A stretch of 10,111 nt of DNA, from assembly GCA_048941285.1 (NCBI GenBank), contig JBHLNS010000080.1:1-10111 (forward strand). Reading direction: 5' to 3'. The notes under the pieces were generated by a model that was not told where the DNA came from, made no database searches, and saw only the letters and a list, made by a program, of their open reading frames with translations. Numbering within the stretch: position 1 is the stretch's first letter; every line of letters starts with the position of its first letter. This DNA comes from Promethearchaeota archaeon (GTDB taxonomy: Archaea > Asgardarchaeota > Lokiarchaeia > Sigyniarchaeales > SOKP01). The position numbers and the translations under genes are program-made. Positions 7,252-10,111 of the stretch are shown here, piece by piece.

Positions 7252-8136
7252 ATGGAGAAAAAGACCATCGATATCCTATTAATTGAAGATAATAGAGCTG
7301 ACGTGCGGCTTATTGAAGAATTACTAAAAGCTTCTAAAGAATTCAAATTCAACCTAGAATCAAATCCTAGGCTTTCTGAAAGTATGAATCGTCTTAAGGT
7401 AAAGAACTTTGACGGTATTTTATTAGATTTAACTCTTCCAGATAGTGATAGAGAATCCACTTTAGAAAGAGTTTTAAAATTTACAAAAGAAATTCCAATA
7501 ATTATTCTAACTGGATTAGACGACAAGGATTTTGCATTAAAATCTCTTCAAAAGGGTGCTCAAGATTATATAGTAAAGGATGATCTTAATGGACCAAGTT
7601 TGATACGTGCAATTTTATATGCTATTGAACGACATAAAATTGAAACTGAAAAAATAAGAGAAAAGGATCTAAAGATACTATTTGATGAAAAAGATAAAGA
7701 AATTCTTAATTTTCTTCAGGAGAATTATAGAATTTCTTATAAAGATTTAAGTAAAAAAGTGGATTTAGCAGCTAGTACCATACATAATCGAGTACAAAAT
7801 ATGATAAAAGAAGGGATTATAATAAAATTCGACACATTTGTGGATCCTTTCAAAGTAGGATATGAGTCTATAGCGATTCTTGGGCTTTCTGCAGATCCTT
7901 TGAAATTAGATGATACTGCGAGAAGACTCTCCGAATATAATGAAATACAATTAGTTGCATCTTCTACAGGTGATTATAATTTAATAGTAAAAGTTATTGC
8001 TAAAGACGAAAAAAATCTCTGGAGATTTATTAATGAAGAAATCAAAACATTAGAAGGAATCCAATTACCTATAAACGTATCAAGTTTTATAGACATCTTT
8101 AAAATGTCGCATAAAATTAATTTTAAAATCGAATAA
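7252..8136 (+). CDS. Response regulator: receiver domain fused to a complete Lrp/AsnC regulator (HTH + RAM domain)
   Basis: Residues 1-~128 REC (ILLIEDN, ILLDLTLPDS, IPIIILTG, GAQDYIVK); residues ~144-294 Lrp (FDEKDKEILNFLQENYRISYKDLSKKVDLAASTIHNRV...STGDYNL); GGGGTGA RBS at 7239-7245. Confidence 0.93.
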   Translation: MEKKTIDILLIEDNRADVRLIEELLKASKEFKFNLESNPRLSESMNRLKVKNFDGILLDLTLPDSDRESTLERVLKFTKEIPIIILTGLDDKDFALKSLQKGAQDYIVKDDLNGPSLIRAILYAIERHKIETEKIREKDLKILFDEKDKEILNFLQENYRISYKDLSKKVDLAASTIHNRVQNMIKEGIIIKFDTFVDPFKVGYESIAILGLSADPLKLDDTARRLSEYNEIQLVASSTGDYNLIVKVIAKDEKNLWRFINEEIKTLEGIQLPINVSSFIDIFKMSHKINFKIE

Positions 8137-8209
8137 TGATATAATTTCAGCCTTGTTGAAAATAAAAATAATATAATTTCCTAATGAGAAAAAATTAATG
8201 ATTTAAAAT

Positions 8210-9565
8210 TTAAGGAAAAATACCTCTTAATTCAATGGCTCTAGCTAATCTTGAAATAGCAATCATATAAGAAGCAATTCTCAAAGAAACATTCTTTCCT
8301 TTTGAAATATTAAAAACCTCCTCAAAAGTGCTTACGAGAATATTTTTTAATTCTTGATTAATTCTTTCAAGTTTCCAAAAATAACTATGAATGTCTTGGA
8401 TGTATTCAAAGTAAGAAACACAAACACCTCCAGCATTAGCAAGAATATCAGGAACTACAATAATTCCGTTCTTCTCTAAAATTTCATCTGCTTCTGGAGT
8501 AGTTGGCCCGTTTGCTCCCTCTAAGATTATTTTACAATTAATTTCCTCTGCATTTGACTGAGTTATTTGGTTTTCTATTGCAGCGGGAATTAAAATATCG
8601 CATTCAAGTGTAAGTATGTCTTCATTACGGATAAATTTATAGTCCTTTTGTTTAAAATCTTTTAAATATTTGTTCTTATCTCTCCATTCTATTAACTTAT
8701 TAATATCTAGACCTTCTTTAGCGTAGAGACCACCATAAATATCTGATACTCCAATTATTTTACACCCATTCTCATATAAAATCTTAGCTATATTACCCCC
8801 AACATTACCAAAACCTTGTATGACAATTTTCTGGCTTTTTAATACTATATTCAATTTATCACATAAGGCTTCTAATACAAAAAATAAACCCATCCCTGTT
8901 GCAGTTTCTCTACCTACTGAACCTCCAATTTCTATAGGTTTACCTGTTACTACTCCGGGAATAGCTCTACCTTTATTCATCGAATATGTATCCATAATCC
9001 AAGCCATTATTTGAGGATCTGTGTTAACGTCTGGGGCAGGAATATCCATACCAGGACCAATAATATTTATTATTTCTGCTGTATATCTTCGAGTTAACCT
9101 TTCTAATTCTCTTTTTGATAGTTTTTGTGGATCTACACATACCCCTCCTTTAGCACCTCCAAGTGGTAAATTTAATAAGCTACATTTCCATGTCATCCAA
9201 GTAGCTAATGCTTTTACCTCATCAAGATTAACTTCTGGAGAAAATCTAATACCCCCTTTACCAGGGCCTCTAATTGTTGAATGTTGTACTCTATATCCCT
9301 CGAAAATCTCTATATCTCCATTATCCATCTTTATTGGAATCGAGACAATTAAGGAGCGCTCTACCTTTTTAAGATATTTCGTTATATTTTCATTCAATCC
9401 CATTTTTTTAGCAACGATATCGATTTGTTTTTTTGCCATTTCAAATGGATTTGCTTCATGCAATAACTTTTTCTCTTCTTTTCCATAAACTTCAATTTCG
9501 TCTGTAGAAATTAAAGTATTTGGAAAAATGAGTTTAGCTTTTCCTTTTTCTTTATTTTCTAGCAT
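8210..9565 (-). CDS. gdhA: Glutamate dehydrogenase (Glu/Leu/Phe/Val dehydrogenase family)
   Basis: GYRVQH, GPGKGGIRF, MTWK, GGAKGG, DIPAPDVNT, TGKP..GGS.GR..ATG.G, QGFGNVG (Rossmann fold), EGANGP, PDILANAGGV.VSYFE; the Lys/Ser residues typical of glutamate specificity are present. Confidence 0.95.
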   Translation of the reverse strand: MLENKEKGKAKLIFPNTLISTDEIEVYGKEEKKLLHEANPFEMAKKQIDIVAKKMGLNENITKYLKKVERSLIVSIPIKMDNGDIEIFEGYRVQHSTIRGPGKGGIRFSPEVNLDEVKALATWMTWKCSLLNLPLGGAKGGVCVDPQKLSKRELERLTRRYTAEIINIIGPGMDIPAPDVNTDPQIMAWIMDTYSMNKGRAIPGVVTGKPIEIGGSVGRETATGMGLFFVLEALCDKLNIVLKSQKIVIQGFGNVGGNIAKILYENGCKIIGVSDIYGGLYAKEGLDINKLIEWRDKNKYLKDFKQKDYKFIRNEDILTLECDILIPAAIENQITQSNAEEINCKIILEGANGPTTPEADEILEKNGIIVVPDILANAGGVCVSYFEYIQDIHSYFWKLERINQELKNILVSTFEEVFNISKGKNVSLRIASYMIAISRLARAIELRGIFP

Positions 9566-9567
9566 AT

Positions 9568-9731
9568 CGAATAATATTCAATTTTGAGTTTTTCTAAATA
9601 ATTAAATAGAAGACATCTCTTTAATTTAAATATGTGATTTAAAGCTTATAAATCTGTCGAATGAAATCCTATTTAATATATTTCGCAATGAAGAAAGTTC
9701 GGTAAAACCAAAAGTAAATGGAAAAAGTTCA
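9568..9731 (-). promoter_or_regulatory. gdh promoter with phased YGAA-N5-TTCR boxes and a TATA box
   Basis: CGAATAATATTCA 9568-9580; minus-strand TTTATAAG 9652-9645; degenerate CGAATGAAATCCT 9658-9670; TGAAGAAAGTTCG 9689-9701; degenerate TGGAAAAAGTTCA 9719-9731. Confidence 0.6.
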
Positions 9732-9937
9732 ATTATGCTTTTAATAAATATTATTATAAAAAATCATAGAGTTTTTAACTTCCATACTTTTATCAAGAGG
9801 ATTTAAGGTTTTTATTTTAAGATAAATTTTTAAAAAAAAAATTGACTTAAGAAATATTATATTTTACAAATTTGAGACTTTTGTCTATAAATTACTTCTA
9901 TATATTTGATAATATTTAAAAAAAAATTTAAAAAAAA

Positions 9938-10111
9938 TTAATGTGAAATTTTTATTACCTTACCAAATAGTATATTTTTAGCTTTATCAAATGCTGCATT
10001 ATAATCAAAGATTTTTTTTCCTTTTGTAATGGCAGCCTCCTTTAGTATTGAAGCTTCAACTTCTGATTTAAGTCTACCTACGGCTAATGCTCCAGTTCCG
10101 CTTATAGTTGG
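9938..10111 (-). CDS. C-terminal fragment, probably an NAD(P)-dependent methylene-tetrahydromethanopterin dehydrogenase (MtdA/MtdB-like); truncated by window edge
   Basis: Hand translation: PTISGTGALAVGRLKSEVEASILKEAAITKGKKIFDYNAAFDKAKNILFGKVIKISH*; G.GALAxGxLK...FD....F..AK resembles the MtdA/B C-terminus. Only 57 aa are visible. Confidence 0.6.
   Translation of the reverse strand, partial: PTISGTGALAVGRLKSEVEASILKEAAITKGKKIFDYNAAFDKAKNILFGKVIKISH

Noticed and set aside
7233-7526. 97-aa minus-strand ORF
   Set aside because: Antisense shadow of the REC-Lrp gene.
8820-9488. Two plus-strand ORFs (64 and 155 aa) antisense to gdh
   Set aside because: Codon-register mirror of gdh, rich in S/P/F/I, with no RBS or recognisable domain.

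Overview
Very AT-rich prokaryotic window that looks archaeal, probably Asgard/Lokiarchaeia-like. This is inferred from the F420/H4MPT-linked genes, GGGGTGA-type ribosome-binding sites, TATA-type promoters and CPxCG N-termini. Gene order: 3' end of a MoxR-type AAA ATPase; QueG/reductive-dehalogenase-like 2x[4Fe-4S] protein; unannotated 51-aa tail-anchored ORF plus a TauE/SafE transporter; orphan FrhB/FpoF-like protein fused to a TrmB-like winged HTH; Zn-finger-Lrp regulator; stand-alone receiver and membrane histidine kinase (minus strand); receiver-Lrp fusion; glutamate dehydrogenase; 3' end of a probable NAD(P)-dependent methylene-H4MPT dehydrogenase. The best candidate for an undescribed system is 4500-9730. 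Two Lrp paralogues with an identical recognition helix (LAASTIHNRV) carry different N-terminal input modules (Cys/His metal finger vs phospho-receiver) and flank a two-component pair. A shared palindrome, YGAA-N5-TTCR, lies upstream of both Lrp genes and gdh, and its ~30-bp phased layout is nearly the same in the Zn-Lrp and gdh promoters. No RNA genes, CRISPR arrays or mobile elements were recognised.
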